Position numbers and translations under genes: made by a program. DNA of 64,000 bases. Origin: a virus. The stretch lies in IMG/VR virus record IMGVR_UViG_3300017752_000006. One strand, written 5' to 3'. The notes under the pieces were generated by a model that was not told where the DNA came from, searched no databases, and saw nothing but the letters and a program-made list of their open reading frames with translations. Shown here one piece after another: positions 8,206 to 19,500 of this stretch. Every line of letters begins with the position of its first letter. Position 1 is the first letter of the stretch.

Positions 8206-11200
8206 TTGGCACAAGTAGGTAGAATATCCGGTCCATTATTACAGGACAATCTTTTAAGAAATGGTTCAGATCTTGCATTTCGCAATGATTCTGGAACCAC
8301 ACAATTACTTTATCTTGATGTAAATGCCAACAAGATAGGTATAAATAAAAACTCTCCTATAACAGAATTAAATATTGAAGGTACTGCAAGTAGTACAAAT
8401 TGGAACACTACTGCACTTACTAGTTTAACAAGCTATGATATAAGCAACAATAATATTAATGTTCGTTCTGGAAATATTAATTTAAATGCAGGCACAGCAA
8501 TTAAACTTAGTAATCTAGAAACAGAAGCATTTCGAGCAACAGACAATACAATTAGCACATATGTTTCTAACGCAAATATTGATTTACGTCCTTGGCAAGA
8601 GTATGGTGAACTAGGTAATGATGCTGACCCTTTCCTAGACGGTTTAGTTGATTCTATTACAGACCAAGCTAGAGGGAGGCATAGCCCAGGTAGTGCAGAC
8701 TATATATTTTGGACCACAGTTTTACCAAGCGGATTTCAAAGAGGTGATTGGAACGAAGACGGCGACATTGATATTGATGACGCTATAGGCTTTCTAAGTT
8801 TTAGAAGAGGGCGTATTAGTGATTCAACGGAAAGTGGTCAAATTGCGATTGCAAAAGGTTATGCAATAGTAAATGCAAAATTACCTAACGTTGAAAGTTT
8901 AGCAGATACTAATGTTACAGGAAATATTCATGCCACTGGAAATATTACATCTGACGGAAGTATAACTATTGGAGATAGTAATGATGATAATCTAATTTTT
9001 AGAGCCGAAGTACAATCTAATATTATACCAGACACAAGTAACACATATGCATTAGGTTCTCCAAGCAAAAGATTCAGCCAACTATATTCGGCACTTTTAA
9101 ACGGTGATAATGTTGTTGCAGGAAATGTTAATGTAAGTGGTATAGATCCATTAACAAATAGACAAGGCAATTCATTTTGGGTGGCCCAAAATGGTGATGA
9201 TACAAATGCCGGAGATCATCCTAACGGTCCTTTCAAAACAATTAAAAGAGCTTTGGATGCTTCAGATGCAAGCACAGGTGGACCTATTGTGATTCATGTT
9301 ATGCCAGGCGGTTATGAAGAAGAACTGCCTTTAGTTGTGCCAAATAATGTAACTATCAAAGGCGAAGATTTTAGAAATACAATAATTAGACCTACCAGTG
9401 CTGATCAATCAAAAGATGTTTTTCATCTTAATGGTGAATCAACAGTATCAAATATTACAATTAAAGACTTTTATTATGACAGTGGTAACGATACAGGTTA
9501 TGCATTTAGATTTGCACCCGGCGCAGTAATAAGCTCACGCTCTCCTTATATACAAAATGTAACTGTAATAACACAAGGTACTACAACAAGTGCAAGTGAT
9601 CCAAGAGGATTCGCAAGTGGTGATGCAGGCAAAGGCGCATTAATTGATGGTGCGGCAGTACCTAGTGCAAGTAACGAAGCAAGTATGTTATTTCATTCAG
9701 CAACATTTATTACGCCAGGTGTTGATGCAATTACAATGACCAACGGTGTGCGTGTAGAGTGGCTTAATAGCTTTTCATACTTTGCAAATAGAGGACTATA
9801 TGCAAAGAACGGAGCAACAGGACATCTAAGCACTGACGGATCGACTATTCAATACGGTGCAGAAATACGTTCAATTGGGTCGGCTAGTGTTTACGGTAAT
9901 ATAGGAGCAGAAGCAGACGGCGATGATTGTATTATGTATCTTATTGCACACAATTTTGCTTACATAGGTGCAGGTAAATTTGTAGACAACGATCCAAGTA
10001 GAGCAATACAATCACAAGAAGTTATAGAACAAAACGATGGTAAAGTTTATCATGTATCACAAGACCATGGCGGAGATTTTAGAGTTGGAGATCAGTTCTT
10101 TGTTAATTTTGACACTGGCACGACTAGCTTAGACCTTACTGCGGCACAAGTAGATAGTCTACAAACTTTAAACATTACTGATAGCGGCGGCACAACAGTA
10201 GTAACACCGTCACTGATCGATATTGGCAATTTTAGAATACAAGACAATAATATTGATACATTGTTTGGCGCAATGAACATAGATGCGACTACAGAAATAA
10301 AATTTAATAATGATGTAAACTTTAAAAAGAATTTAAGTCTTACTGGTAATATAAGTGTAGGTAGAGAACTTATAACATTCGGCGACACTTTTGGACAGGA
10401 CACTATTGACATAAATGCAGATATTAACAGTAATGTTGTGCCTGATATAAGCGGATATTATAATCTTGGAAGCAGTTTATACAAATGGAAACAAGGATAT
10501 TTTTCAGAAGCAAATATCAGTGATGTAAAATTCAAAGACACAACAGTTACAACAAATATTTCAAACAGTGATCTTGAATTACAAGCAAATGGAACTGGTA
10601 AAATATATCTATCAGATGCTAATTTAGAGATAACAAATGCTACAACAATAGCAGGATTAACAACTTTGCAGGATACAAATATAACCGGCAATGTTGTATT
10701 GACAGGTGACTATAATATTAGTGATAATTTTAATGTTACAGGTAATTTAATAGTACAGCAAAATTTGAGTGCAGTAAGTGCTTCTCTAGAAAAAATTAAT
10801 ATTTTTACAAATGTTATCGAAACTTTCTCTGCAGATGACGATTTAGATATTAGAGCTAGTGGAACAGGAAATATACTGTTTGATGAAAATCTAATTATTA
10901 GTAAAAATATTACTGTGCAAGGAACAACTTCAACTATAGATTTAAACATTACAAAAACATCAGCTGATTTTTCAACTGGCGATATTGAAATATATGATAA
11001 TGTTATAACAACACAAAATACTAATAGTAATTTAGAATTACGCAGTGTGGGCACTAGTAGTGTACAATTTGAACAAGTTTTAGTAGATGGACAAAATATA
11101 AGTTCGGCAACAAATATTACAATAGATCCTTTACAGAACTTGTTGATAAATGCTACAGGTGCAATAAAACTACCAACCGGCAATACATCACAACGTTCAC

Positions 11201-11805
11201 AAACACAAGGTGATATTAGATTTAATACAGAAAAAAATGCATTTGAACTATACATTAATTCTGCTATTGCACTAGGTGGTGTATACTCTGATGATTTATT
11301 AACTAAAGTTATAGCACATCCTACTAATAATACTTTACAATTAGATATAGCAAGTGTAAATCTAGGTAGTTTTGACAGCGATGGTATCAATATACATGCA
11401 ATGCAGATTGAAGATATAAATCTTGATGCAAACACTATAAGTACAAATGTTAGCAATAGTGATCTAGAATTAATAACAGACGGATCTGGAAATACTGTAG
11501 TTGCTGATATAACAATTGATAGTAACACAATAACCAACACAGCTAATGATGCAATCACATTATTAAGCAATACCGATAACGGATATTGGCAGTTTTCAGG
11601 ATCTGGTGTGATTAGGATGCCGTTTGGTGATAACAGCACACGCCCTACAAGTCCTGAAATTGGATTTACGAGAGTAAACACTGATTCAGATGAATTAGAA
11701 TCTTGGAACGGTACTTCCTGGGAAACTTCAGCTGGTAGGTTTGATAGTATCAGTATCGAAGATATGGAAGACGAAGCTCTAGTTCAGTCGCTAATCTACG
11801 GCTAA
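8206..11805 (+). CDS. Large fibre/baseplate-associated protein A (DUF1565-like start of a pectin-lyase-like beta-helix; dockerin-like insertion)
   Basis: WVAQNGDD..AGD.P..PFKTIKRAL motif, SPYIQNVTVI, repeated N.ISTN.SN.DLEL motifs; paralog of 11952. Confidence 0.75.
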   Translation: MAQVGRISGPLLQDNLLRNGSDLAFRNDSGTTQLLYLDVNANKIGINKNSPITELNIEGTASSTNWNTTALTSLTSYDISNNNINVRSGNINLNAGTAIKLSNLETEAFRATDNTISTYVSNANIDLRPWQEYGELGNDADPFLDGLVDSITDQARGRHSPGSADYIFWTTVLPSGFQRGDWNEDGDIDIDDAIGFLSFRRGRISDSTESGQIAIAKGYAIVNAKLPNVESLADTNVTGNIHATGNITSDGSITIGDSNDDNLIFRAEVQSNIIPDTSNTYALGSPSKRFSQLYSALLNGDNVVAGNVNVSGIDPLTNRQGNSFWVAQNGDDTNAGDHPNGPFKTIKRALDASDASTGGPIVIHVMPGGYEEELPLVVPNNVTIKGEDFRNTIIRPTSADQSKDVFHLNGESTVSNITIKDFYYDSGNDTGYAFRFAPGAVISSRSPYIQNVTVITQGTTTSASDPRGFASGDAGKGALIDGAAVPSASNEASMLFHSATFITPGVDAITMTNGVRVEWLNSFSYFANRGLYAKNGATGHLSTDGSTIQYGAEIRSIGSASVYGNIGAEADGDDCIMYLIAHNFAYIGAGKFVDNDPSRAIQSQEVIEQNDGKVYHVSQDHGGDFRVGDQFFVNFDTGTTSLDLTAAQVDSLQTLNITDSGGTTVVTPSLIDIGNFRIQDNNIDTLFGAMNIDATTEIKFNNDVNFKKNLSLTGNISVGRELITFGDTFGQDTIDINADINSNVVPDISGYYNLGSSLYKWKQGYFSEANISDVKFKDTTVTTNISNSDLELQANGTGKIYLSDANLEITNATTIAGLTTLQDTNITGNVVLTGDYNISDNFNVTGNLIVQQNLSAVSASLEKINIFTNVIETFSADDDLDIRASGTGNILFDENLIISKNITVQGTTSTIDLNITKTSADFSTGDIEIYDNVITTQNTNSNLELRSVGTSSVQFEQVLVDGQNISSATNITIDPLQNLLINATGAIKLPTGNTSQRSQTQGDIRFNTEKNAFELYINSAIALGGVYSDDLLTKVIAHPTNNTLQLDIASVNLGSFDSDGINIHAMQIEDINLDANTISTNVSNSDLELITDGSGNTVVADITIDSNTITNTANDAITLLSNTDNGYWQFSGSGVIRMPFGDNSTRPTSPEIGFTRVNTDSDELESWNGTSWETSAGRFDSISIEDMEDEALVQSLIYG

Positions 11806-11826
11806 TCAGCTATTATTTACAAATCA

Positions 11827-11834
11827 TATAAATA
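11827..11834 (+). promoter_or_regulatory. Late promoter, perfect TATAAATA
   Basis: Exact T4 late consensus in intergenic gap. Confidence 0.8.
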
Positions 11835-11842
11835 CTATTAAC

Positions 11843-11940
11843 GCTACAAAGGATCGACCAAATCCGTAGCAGGACAAACTGTGGTTAGCCGGCAAAGAGC
11901 AATAGCTGAAAATTAGGCTTGTGGGACAGGATCCCCGTGT
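11843..11940 (+). ncRNA. Candidate structured 5' leader RNA
   Basis: ~115-nt leader, unusually GC-rich; GCTAC/GTAGC plus GGAT/ATCC hairpin at 11843-11870, GGGA-CAGGA-TCCC hairpin next to the AAGGAG SD. Confidence 0.45.
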
Positions 11941-11951
11941 AAGGAGTAGAG

Positions 11952-14900
11952 ATGGCAGTTGGTCGCATATCCGGTCCGCTCTTAAAGTCTAATCTTATCC
12001 GTAATGGGATTGATTTAGCTTTTGAGACCGACCTATTATACTTAGATGTTAACAACCAACGTGTTGGTATCAAAAATAGTTCTCCTCAACACGAGTTAGA
12101 TGTTACAGGTACATCTAGAGTAAACAATCTTACAGTAACAAACACAGCAACATTGGGTGATGTAGTAGTACAAGGAAATACTATTTCATCTAATCAAACC
12201 TATTTGAATTTAGGTACTCTAGATAATGTTGTTTATCAAAACAGATTGACAGTAGATAGTATTGACATAGAAGGCAATACTATTTCAACTAATGACTCAA
12301 ACACAAACCTAGAATTTAGACCAAACGGAACTGGAACTGTAGAAGTTCTTGCAGACATGAATGTCACAGGAAATTTACATGCAACCGGCACTATTAGTTC
12401 AGATGGCGACATTACATTAGGTGATGCAGATACTGACAATATTATTATTAATGCAGAAATAGCAAGTAATATTGTTCCTGATGCAACAAACACATATCAA
12501 CTAGGTACAAATCCTGCTACAGGCGGAAAACAATGGGCAGACATTTATGTAAATAATTTTAATGCAACAGCTATAACTGTTGACGCACTTATAGTAAACG
12601 GTATTGATCTAACACTTAGACAAGGTAACATTTATTATGTTGCTGAAAACGGCGACGATGCAAATTCTGGAGATCACCCACAAGATCCATATGCAAGTAT
12701 CAAACATGCACTTAGTCAAGTTACTTCTGGTGATACAGTTCACATATATCCAGGAGAATACACAGAGATATTTCCTTTGACTGTACCTGTAGGAGTTACT
12801 GTAAAAGGACACAGTATTAGAAGTGTAAATATTTCTCCAACAACTGCTACAAGATACAATGATGCTTTCTTATTGAACGGTGAAAGCACAGTAGAAGATT
12901 TGACTGTAAAAGATTTTTATAGCGGCGGCAATTATTTTACAATAACAGAAATAGTCGACACTGATACATTTAAAGTAAATGTAGGAATTACTGACCAAGC
13001 ACATGCATATGTAAGTGGCGGAACAGTTGACTTTAGTGATAGCACTGCTCCTGTAAACGTAACATCAGCAACATATAATAATTCAACAGGAGTATTAGAA
13101 GTTACAACAGCGTCACCACACGATACTTATGTTGGACATAGTGTGTTTATTTCAAATCTAACATTTAGTTGTAGTGGAGATAACAGAGTATTTCCTGACA
13201 ACGGTTACGCATTTCGTTTTGCAACAGATTTTACAGTAACTACTCGTTCACCTTACATAAGAAATATTACTGTAATTACCAAAGGTACAACACTTACAGC
13301 AGATGATCCAAGAGGATTTTTATCAGGAGATGCTGGCAAAGGAGCCCTTGTTGACGGTGCATATGCAACAGCTGCATCAAGAGAAGCAGCAATGTTGTTC
13401 CACAGTGTAACATTTATTACTCCGGGTGTTGATGGACTTGTCGCAACCAACGGTGCTAGAATTGAGTGGTTAAACTGTTTCACATATTTTGCAAACAGAG
13501 GTCTTCATGCGTTTGATAGTACTGCTGGCCAAGCATATGATGGAAAAACAAGAATAAGACTTGGTGGAGTATCAGGAACTTTTGCTGCTGGTAACACTGT
13601 TACGTTTACTTCTACAGATGCGTCTAGTGTCGTAAATGTCACAGTAGAAAGTGTTGACAATGACATACTTGTCCTCGATGGAAAAAATACTGATTTATTA
13701 AATTTTGATACTACACCAGCTAGTATATCAAACGGTGCTGGAGCAACTGCAACAACAATTGAAAACGTAGATATTAGAGATTTTGGTGCAGAAGTAAGAA
13801 TGATAGGATCTGCTAATGTTTACGGCAACTTTGGATTATACGGTAACGGTGAAGGGGTATTAGTTTATGCAATTGGACAAAACTTAGCCTATATCGGTAA
13901 TGGTAAAGAAGTAAGCAACGATACAGGTAGTGTTGTTCAAGCAAACGAAGTTGTAGAACTTAACGGAGCACAGATAAGATACAGTAGTGTTGATCACAAA
14001 GGCGACTTTAGAGTTGGTGATTTATTTCATATTAATCAAGAAAGCGGAACAGTAGACTTTGCTGTATCATCTTTAAACATTACACTAACAGATGGTGTAA
14101 CATTTAGCAATGCCGGTGATACAACATTTATTAATGGTTCAAGAATTGATACAGGAAATATCAGGATCAGTGGCAACACAATAGAAAGCACAGCAGGTGC
14201 TCTAAACTTTGTAAGTGCAACTGACGAAATTAATTTAGAAAATAATGTAAGTGTAACTGGTAACATCGATGTAACTGGAGATGTAACAATAGGCGGAAAT
14301 ATTACACTTGGTGACAGCGGTGATGATAATCTACAAATTGTAGCAGGAATAACAAGCGACTTGCGCCCTAATATTACAAGTACTTTTAGTTTAGGCACAA
14401 GTACAAATATGTGGGCAAACTTGCATGTAGATGAAATGTTAGTTGATGATATTAGAATTACTGACAATTTTATCACAACAACAATATCTAATGCTGATTT
14501 AGATTTACGTGCAAACGGCACAGGTAAAGTGTTAATACCTACAAATGATTTACAAGTAGATAATAATCTTAGAGTTGACGGCACTGCAACTTTAGCAAAT
14601 ACAAATATCACAGGTACAGTCACATTAGTAGGCGGACATACACAAACAGGTAATGCTGACGTAAGTGGCGATGTTACAGTTACACAAGATTTGACTGTAG
14701 GTGCAGCGGCACAGTTTGAAGAAATAAAGATAGATGATAATGTAATTACTACAACTACTAGTAATTCTAATTTAGAACTTAGAGCAAATGGCACAGGCGA
14801 TATATTAATTCCTAATAACAATGTTATTATATCTAATGATGTACAAATACTAGGAACAACAAATTTTGTAGATCTTGTAAGTACTGGTATAATTACATCA

Positions 14901-15761
14901 TCAGAATTTGTCACAGGTGATATTGTTATTAGAGAAAACTTTATTACTACTACAAATAGTAATAGTAATTTAGAACTAAGAACTGCAGGTACAGGAAAAA
15001 TTGTAGTTGACGATTTAACATTTGATGCTAGTACTATTGCTAGTACAGCTGATATTACTCTTACTCCTACCAATGGAGTTGTTACAATTGATGCAACTGG
15101 CGCTGTAAATTTACCATCTGGGACCACAGCAGAACGTCCAACAGCAGTAGCAGGACAATTTAGATTTAACAGTGAACTTGCAAGATTTGAAGGATATGAC
15201 GGTTCAAATTGGATTAGATTAGATGGTTTACAAGACCTTGACGGCAATACGAAGATTACAGCTGAACTTACACCAGGTGCAAATGACAACAAAATTAGAT
15301 TTTATATTAATGGAAGTATTGTAGCAGATATAGATGCTAGTAGATTTAACACAAATAGAGTAACCGTAGATGACATTGAGATAGATGGTAATAGGATAAG
15401 TAGTATTACTACTAACACAGATTTAAACTTAATTGCAAACGGCACAGGACAGGTTAAATTTGAAAACTTGGGTGTTACTGATAGCACTATAAAAAATAAC
15501 GTAGCTGATGCTGTAACAGTATTTGCAAATACAGGCAACGGATATGTTAAATTTGATGGAACCCAAGGTGTAGTGCTACCTGTAGGCGGAAACGCCACTC
15601 GTCCAACAGGCGCAACTGGAATGATACGTTTTAACACTGATGATTCTAGAGTTGAACTATACGACGGAACAACATGGGTAAGTGTTGCAGGTGCTAGTGG
15701 CGGTATTTCTTTTGCTCAAGCAGAAGAAATTGCAATTGAGAAAGTATTAATTTTTGGATAG
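11952..15761 (+). CDS. Large fibre/baseplate-associated protein B (paralog of 8206)
   Basis: MAVGRISGPLL N-terminus nearly identical to 8206; same beta-helix and ISTN/SNLELRANGTG repeats. Confidence 0.75.
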   Translation: MAVGRISGPLLKSNLIRNGIDLAFETDLLYLDVNNQRVGIKNSSPQHELDVTGTSRVNNLTVTNTATLGDVVVQGNTISSNQTYLNLGTLDNVVYQNRLTVDSIDIEGNTISTNDSNTNLEFRPNGTGTVEVLADMNVTGNLHATGTISSDGDITLGDADTDNIIINAEIASNIVPDATNTYQLGTNPATGGKQWADIYVNNFNATAITVDALIVNGIDLTLRQGNIYYVAENGDDANSGDHPQDPYASIKHALSQVTSGDTVHIYPGEYTEIFPLTVPVGVTVKGHSIRSVNISPTTATRYNDAFLLNGESTVEDLTVKDFYSGGNYFTITEIVDTDTFKVNVGITDQAHAYVSGGTVDFSDSTAPVNVTSATYNNSTGVLEVTTASPHDTYVGHSVFISNLTFSCSGDNRVFPDNGYAFRFATDFTVTTRSPYIRNITVITKGTTLTADDPRGFLSGDAGKGALVDGAYATAASREAAMLFHSVTFITPGVDGLVATNGARIEWLNCFTYFANRGLHAFDSTAGQAYDGKTRIRLGGVSGTFAAGNTVTFTSTDASSVVNVTVESVDNDILVLDGKNTDLLNFDTTPASISNGAGATATTIENVDIRDFGAEVRMIGSANVYGNFGLYGNGEGVLVYAIGQNLAYIGNGKEVSNDTGSVVQANEVVELNGAQIRYSSVDHKGDFRVGDLFHINQESGTVDFAVSSLNITLTDGVTFSNAGDTTFINGSRIDTGNIRISGNTIESTAGALNFVSATDEINLENNVSVTGNIDVTGDVTIGGNITLGDSGDDNLQIVAGITSDLRPNITSTFSLGTSTNMWANLHVDEMLVDDIRITDNFITTTISNADLDLRANGTGKVLIPTNDLQVDNNLRVDGTATLANTNITGTVTLVGGHTQTGNADVSGDVTVTQDLTVGAAAQFEEIKIDDNVITTTTSNSNLELRANGTGDILIPNNNVIISNDVQILGTTNFVDLVSTGIITSSEFVTGDIVIRENFITTTNSNSNLELRTAGTGKIVVDDLTFDASTIASTADITLTPTNGVVTIDATGAVNLPSGTTAERPTAVAGQFRFNSELARFEGYDGSNWIRLDGLQDLDGNTKITAELTPGANDNKIRFYINGSIVADIDASRFNTNRVTVDDIEIDGNRISSITTNTDLNLIANGTGQVKFENLGVTDSTIKNNVADAVTVFANTGNGYVKFDGTQGVVLPVGGNATRPTGATGMIRFNTDDSRVELYDGTTWVSVAGASGGISFAQAEEIAIEKVLIFG

Positions 15762-15765
15762 ATAA

Positions 15766-16095
15766 ATGGCAACAATATTAAAAAATACAGTAATAAAAAA
15801 TTGTGGTACAGTGCCTGTTTTAATTTATGAAACATTGCCTACCACAAGGGTAACAATTCTAGGTTTGAGTTTTACAAATCTTACTGATCAGTTTGTATAC
15901 ACCGATGTGCTTATAAAAGACGATACAAGTGTAACTGGATATTATTTAAAAAATAGTATCTTGCCAGCAGGAACAAGTTTACGGGCAGTAAGTACAGGTG
16001 AAAAACTTGTATTAGCACCTAGTAATCAACTACTAGTAAGAGCAAGTGTAGATGACTCAGTAGATGTAATAGTCAGCTACGTGGAGATAACATAA
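15766..16095 (+). CDS. Small fibre-associated protein (paralog of 7046/30833)
   Basis: Similar size and TILGLSFTN ... VIVSYVEI pattern. Confidence 0.7.
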   Translation: MATILKNTVIKNCGTVPVLIYETLPTTRVTILGLSFTNLTDQFVYTDVLIKDDTSVTGYYLKNSILPAGTSLRAVSTGEKLVLAPSNQLLVRASVDDSVDVIVSYVEIT

Positions 16096-16532
16096 TGACA
16101 TACTATATTGGAACAAGTCCTACAGACGTAATTAATGGTTTTATTAAAAGGTACATGTACGGCTTGCGTAGAAATGATGACGGAGAACTATTTTTAATAA
16201 AAGTAGACCAATTATCAGGCGGCCAAGATAACATTGCAATTATCAATGACATTGGTATTGCAGCTGAGAACTATTTAGATTTTGAAGAAGGAATTGATTT
16301 CCTATCAGGAATAGATGAAGATCACGAAATTGTAAATGATAACCTAAGATATCCTCAATTTAAATGGGACAACAGAAGTTTAACATATTTTATTGATCCT
16401 GTTGACGGACAGTTTATACAAAGATTATCAGAAACTTATAGCTATCCAGATAAAATATCGTCACCTGCATACGGTGACGGAAATGATTCAGATGTTATAA
16501 AGACCAATACAACCCCGGACGGAGCATACTAA
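16095..16532 (+). CDS. Conserved hypothetical protein
   Basis: Translationally coupled (TAATG) in the fibre operon. Confidence 0.7.
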   Translation: MTYYIGTSPTDVINGFIKRYMYGLRRNDDGELFLIKVDQLSGGQDNIAIINDIGIAAENYLDFEEGIDFLSGIDEDHEIVNDNLRYPQFKWDNRSLTYFIDPVDGQFIQRLSETYSYPDKISSPAYGDGNDSDVIKTNTTPDGAY

Positions 16533-16533
16533 G

Positions 16534-19500
16534 ATGGCAGAGTTTAGTTTAGATCGATTTAAATTTAGATGGAAAGGTGATTGGACTACTGGTGAACCTT
16601 ATAGAAGAGATGACATTATACGTGTTGGCGGTAAAAGTTATGTATGTTTGATTGCACACACATCATCGGCTTTATTTAGGACTGATTTACTTGCTACACT
16701 TCCGGGATCTAATCCACCTGTTCCTCAACCTAAATGGGTTGTAATGACTAGCGGCAGAACATTTTTAGGTGATTGGGCAACTGCTACAGTATACAACAAA
16801 GGTGACATTATAAACTATCAAGGAAGTTTATATACATGTAAAAATAGCCATACTTCAACAACTTTTCCTGCTGATGCTCCTACAATAGATGAAAGTGTGC
16901 CAATATCAAACGAGAATTGGGAACTGTTTATTCCAGGACAAAACTTTTTGACTAATTGGTCTGGTGACACCGACTACGGATTAGATGTATTAGTAAAATA
17001 TAATGGTATTGTTTACAAGTCAATAAAAACGCATAATAGCGGATCTACATTTGAAGATAATGAAGATAAATGGGAAATATATTACGAAGGATACAATTAT
17101 AGGACAGCTTGGTTACCAACTACCAAATATGTAAAAAATGATATTGTAAAATATGGAGGTAGTGTTTTTAGATGTAATGAAACTCATACATCCGGAGATT
17201 TACAAATTGATGCAACAAAATTTGATTTAGAATTATTAGGAAGTCAGTATGACAGTGAATGGAGTGACACTGTTGTTTACAATCAAGGTGACATAGTCCG
17301 CTATGGCGGAACATTATATTATGCAGTTAATAATAATTTAGATAGTAATCCTAGTCAAGGTCAAGTATCTGATACTGATGATAGTACAATTAATTGGATT
17401 ATTCTAGCCAAGACATATAATTTTAAAGGACTTTATAATACAGTAGATTTATCAACACAAACAATTGATGTTAAAGTAGATGTAGATTCAGTTGATGAAA
17501 AAGCAACTGGTAATTTGTATTTAAACGGTGTAGAAAAAAATCAAATATCATTAGTTAGAACTGTAACCTATATTTTTAACCAATCGACAGATTCAAATGC
17601 TACTTACAATGATCTTACAAATCCGATTTGTTTTAGTACAAGAGAAAATGGAATTGCTGGCGGCGGAACATATTTTGAAGATGACTATCCAGGAGCAGTC
17701 AAATATATTTTAGATGGTGTTGAAGTTACAAGGCAAAATTATTTCGATAATTTCTTATCCTCAGCAAGTCGACAGGTTTCACTAACTATTCCAGCTGCAA
17801 ATACTGTTAGTATGTATTATTTCTCAGCAACAAACGTAGAAATGGGTGGTTTAATACCTAATACACCTGCACCAACAACTATAGCAGAAACCGACAAGCA
17901 ATATAAAACAGGCGATGTTGTACAACGTGGAGGAAACGTTTACTATGCAGTAAGAGATGTACACCTTTCAGACGGTGACGGGTCTAGTATTGATTATCTT
18001 GATCCTGAAGTTTGGGAATTACTTATACCAGGAAAACTTTTTAGTGCTGGTTGGACTGCTAATAAATTATACAGTATAAATGAAGTAGTTGTGTATGCCG
18101 GTACTGCATGGGTATGTAATTTAGAACACACTTCAGCAGATAATAATTTTCCAGGTGATAACGGTTCAGGATATGATTATTGGGACACCTTAATACAAGC
18201 AGGTCAACCAGGTGCTCTGCAAGCCAAGGGTGATTTAGTACAATACGGATTAGCTAGAGAACCTATAGGTGATTTATCAACTCTTGGAGATAAGCGTTTA
18301 CCTATCGGACAAAAGAAACAATTGTTATCAGTAGAAAAAGATAGTATTTCTGAAGAATTAGAAGCATTTTGGAGGAATCTGTCAACAGACACTGATACAA
18401 TATTTGTTGCAAATCACGGGCAAGACGAAAAAGATTTTGGATTTAGTTGGAGATCACCATTTAAAACTGTAAGACATGCTTGTGAATATGTAGAGGATAA
18501 TTTTACCGCAGGAACACTAGTTAAAATTTATGTAGCAACTGGTAGATTCGAAGAAGTTGGCCCTATAAGTGTACCAGCTGGATGTGTTGTAATGGGAGAC
18601 GAATTGCGTTCAACAACTGTAGTAGCTACTGGACCCAAAATAGCATACACTGATACATTCAAATATATTCAAGAATATTTAACAAGGTTAAAACAGTTAT
18701 TCCCGCAACTTATACAATTACAAAACGCAACAAAAGATGAAGCAAATACGTTTGTACAAGACAAGACAGGACCTATAGCGGAGGTAACATCTATCTCAGT
18801 TATAAATCAACTGATAGATGACTACGAAGCATTTATTGATGCAAACGTTGGTAGTGGTTCGTCACCTGATGTAACAGGATCTAATGAAGCTACAACAAGC
18901 ACAAGTGATGTAAATGCAGCAGCGATCCTAAGTAGGAACGTAGAATTTATAGCCAAAGAATTAATATTATATGCTAAGGCAGAATTTCCAAACGATACTT
19001 TACCAGAAGCAGAAATGCGCGAAGATATTAGACACTTGATTAGAGCATTTAACAGAGATTTAAATTATTCAGGCAATTGGGCAATATCAATGTCAGCAAG
19101 ACGCTATTATAACAGTGTACTAGGTTCTCAACTAGACGACCTGTTGTATATGAGAGACACTACTGGTTTAAGAAATATGACTACTGAAGGATTACAAGGT
19201 ACTCTTAATCCCCCAGGAGTTTTTGCACAATACCAAAAACCAACAGGAGGTGCTTTGGTATCATTAGATCCGGGTTGGGGACCAGCAGATGAACGTGTCT
19301 GGATCAATAACAGATCTCCTTATTTACAGGGTGTTACTAACATAGGTACAGCATGTGTGGGTAAAAAAGTTGACGGTGCACTACACAATGGTGGTAACAA
19401 ATCAATGGTGTCAAATGACTTTACACAAGTATTAAGTGATGGTATTGGTGCTTGGGTTACTAACAATGGTAGAGCAGAACTTGTATCAGTGTTTACATAC

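Noticed and set aside
8593-8886. Insertion considered as an intein
   Set aside because: No Cys/Ser at the start and no His-Asn followed by Cys/Ser/Thr at the end
10092-15637. Long antisense ORFs (10710-11681, 14036-15292 and many shorter ones across the fibre genes)
   Set aside because: They mirror the sense-strand codon bias of Thr/Asn/Gly/Ile-rich genes, have no SD or promoter and no recognisable motifs
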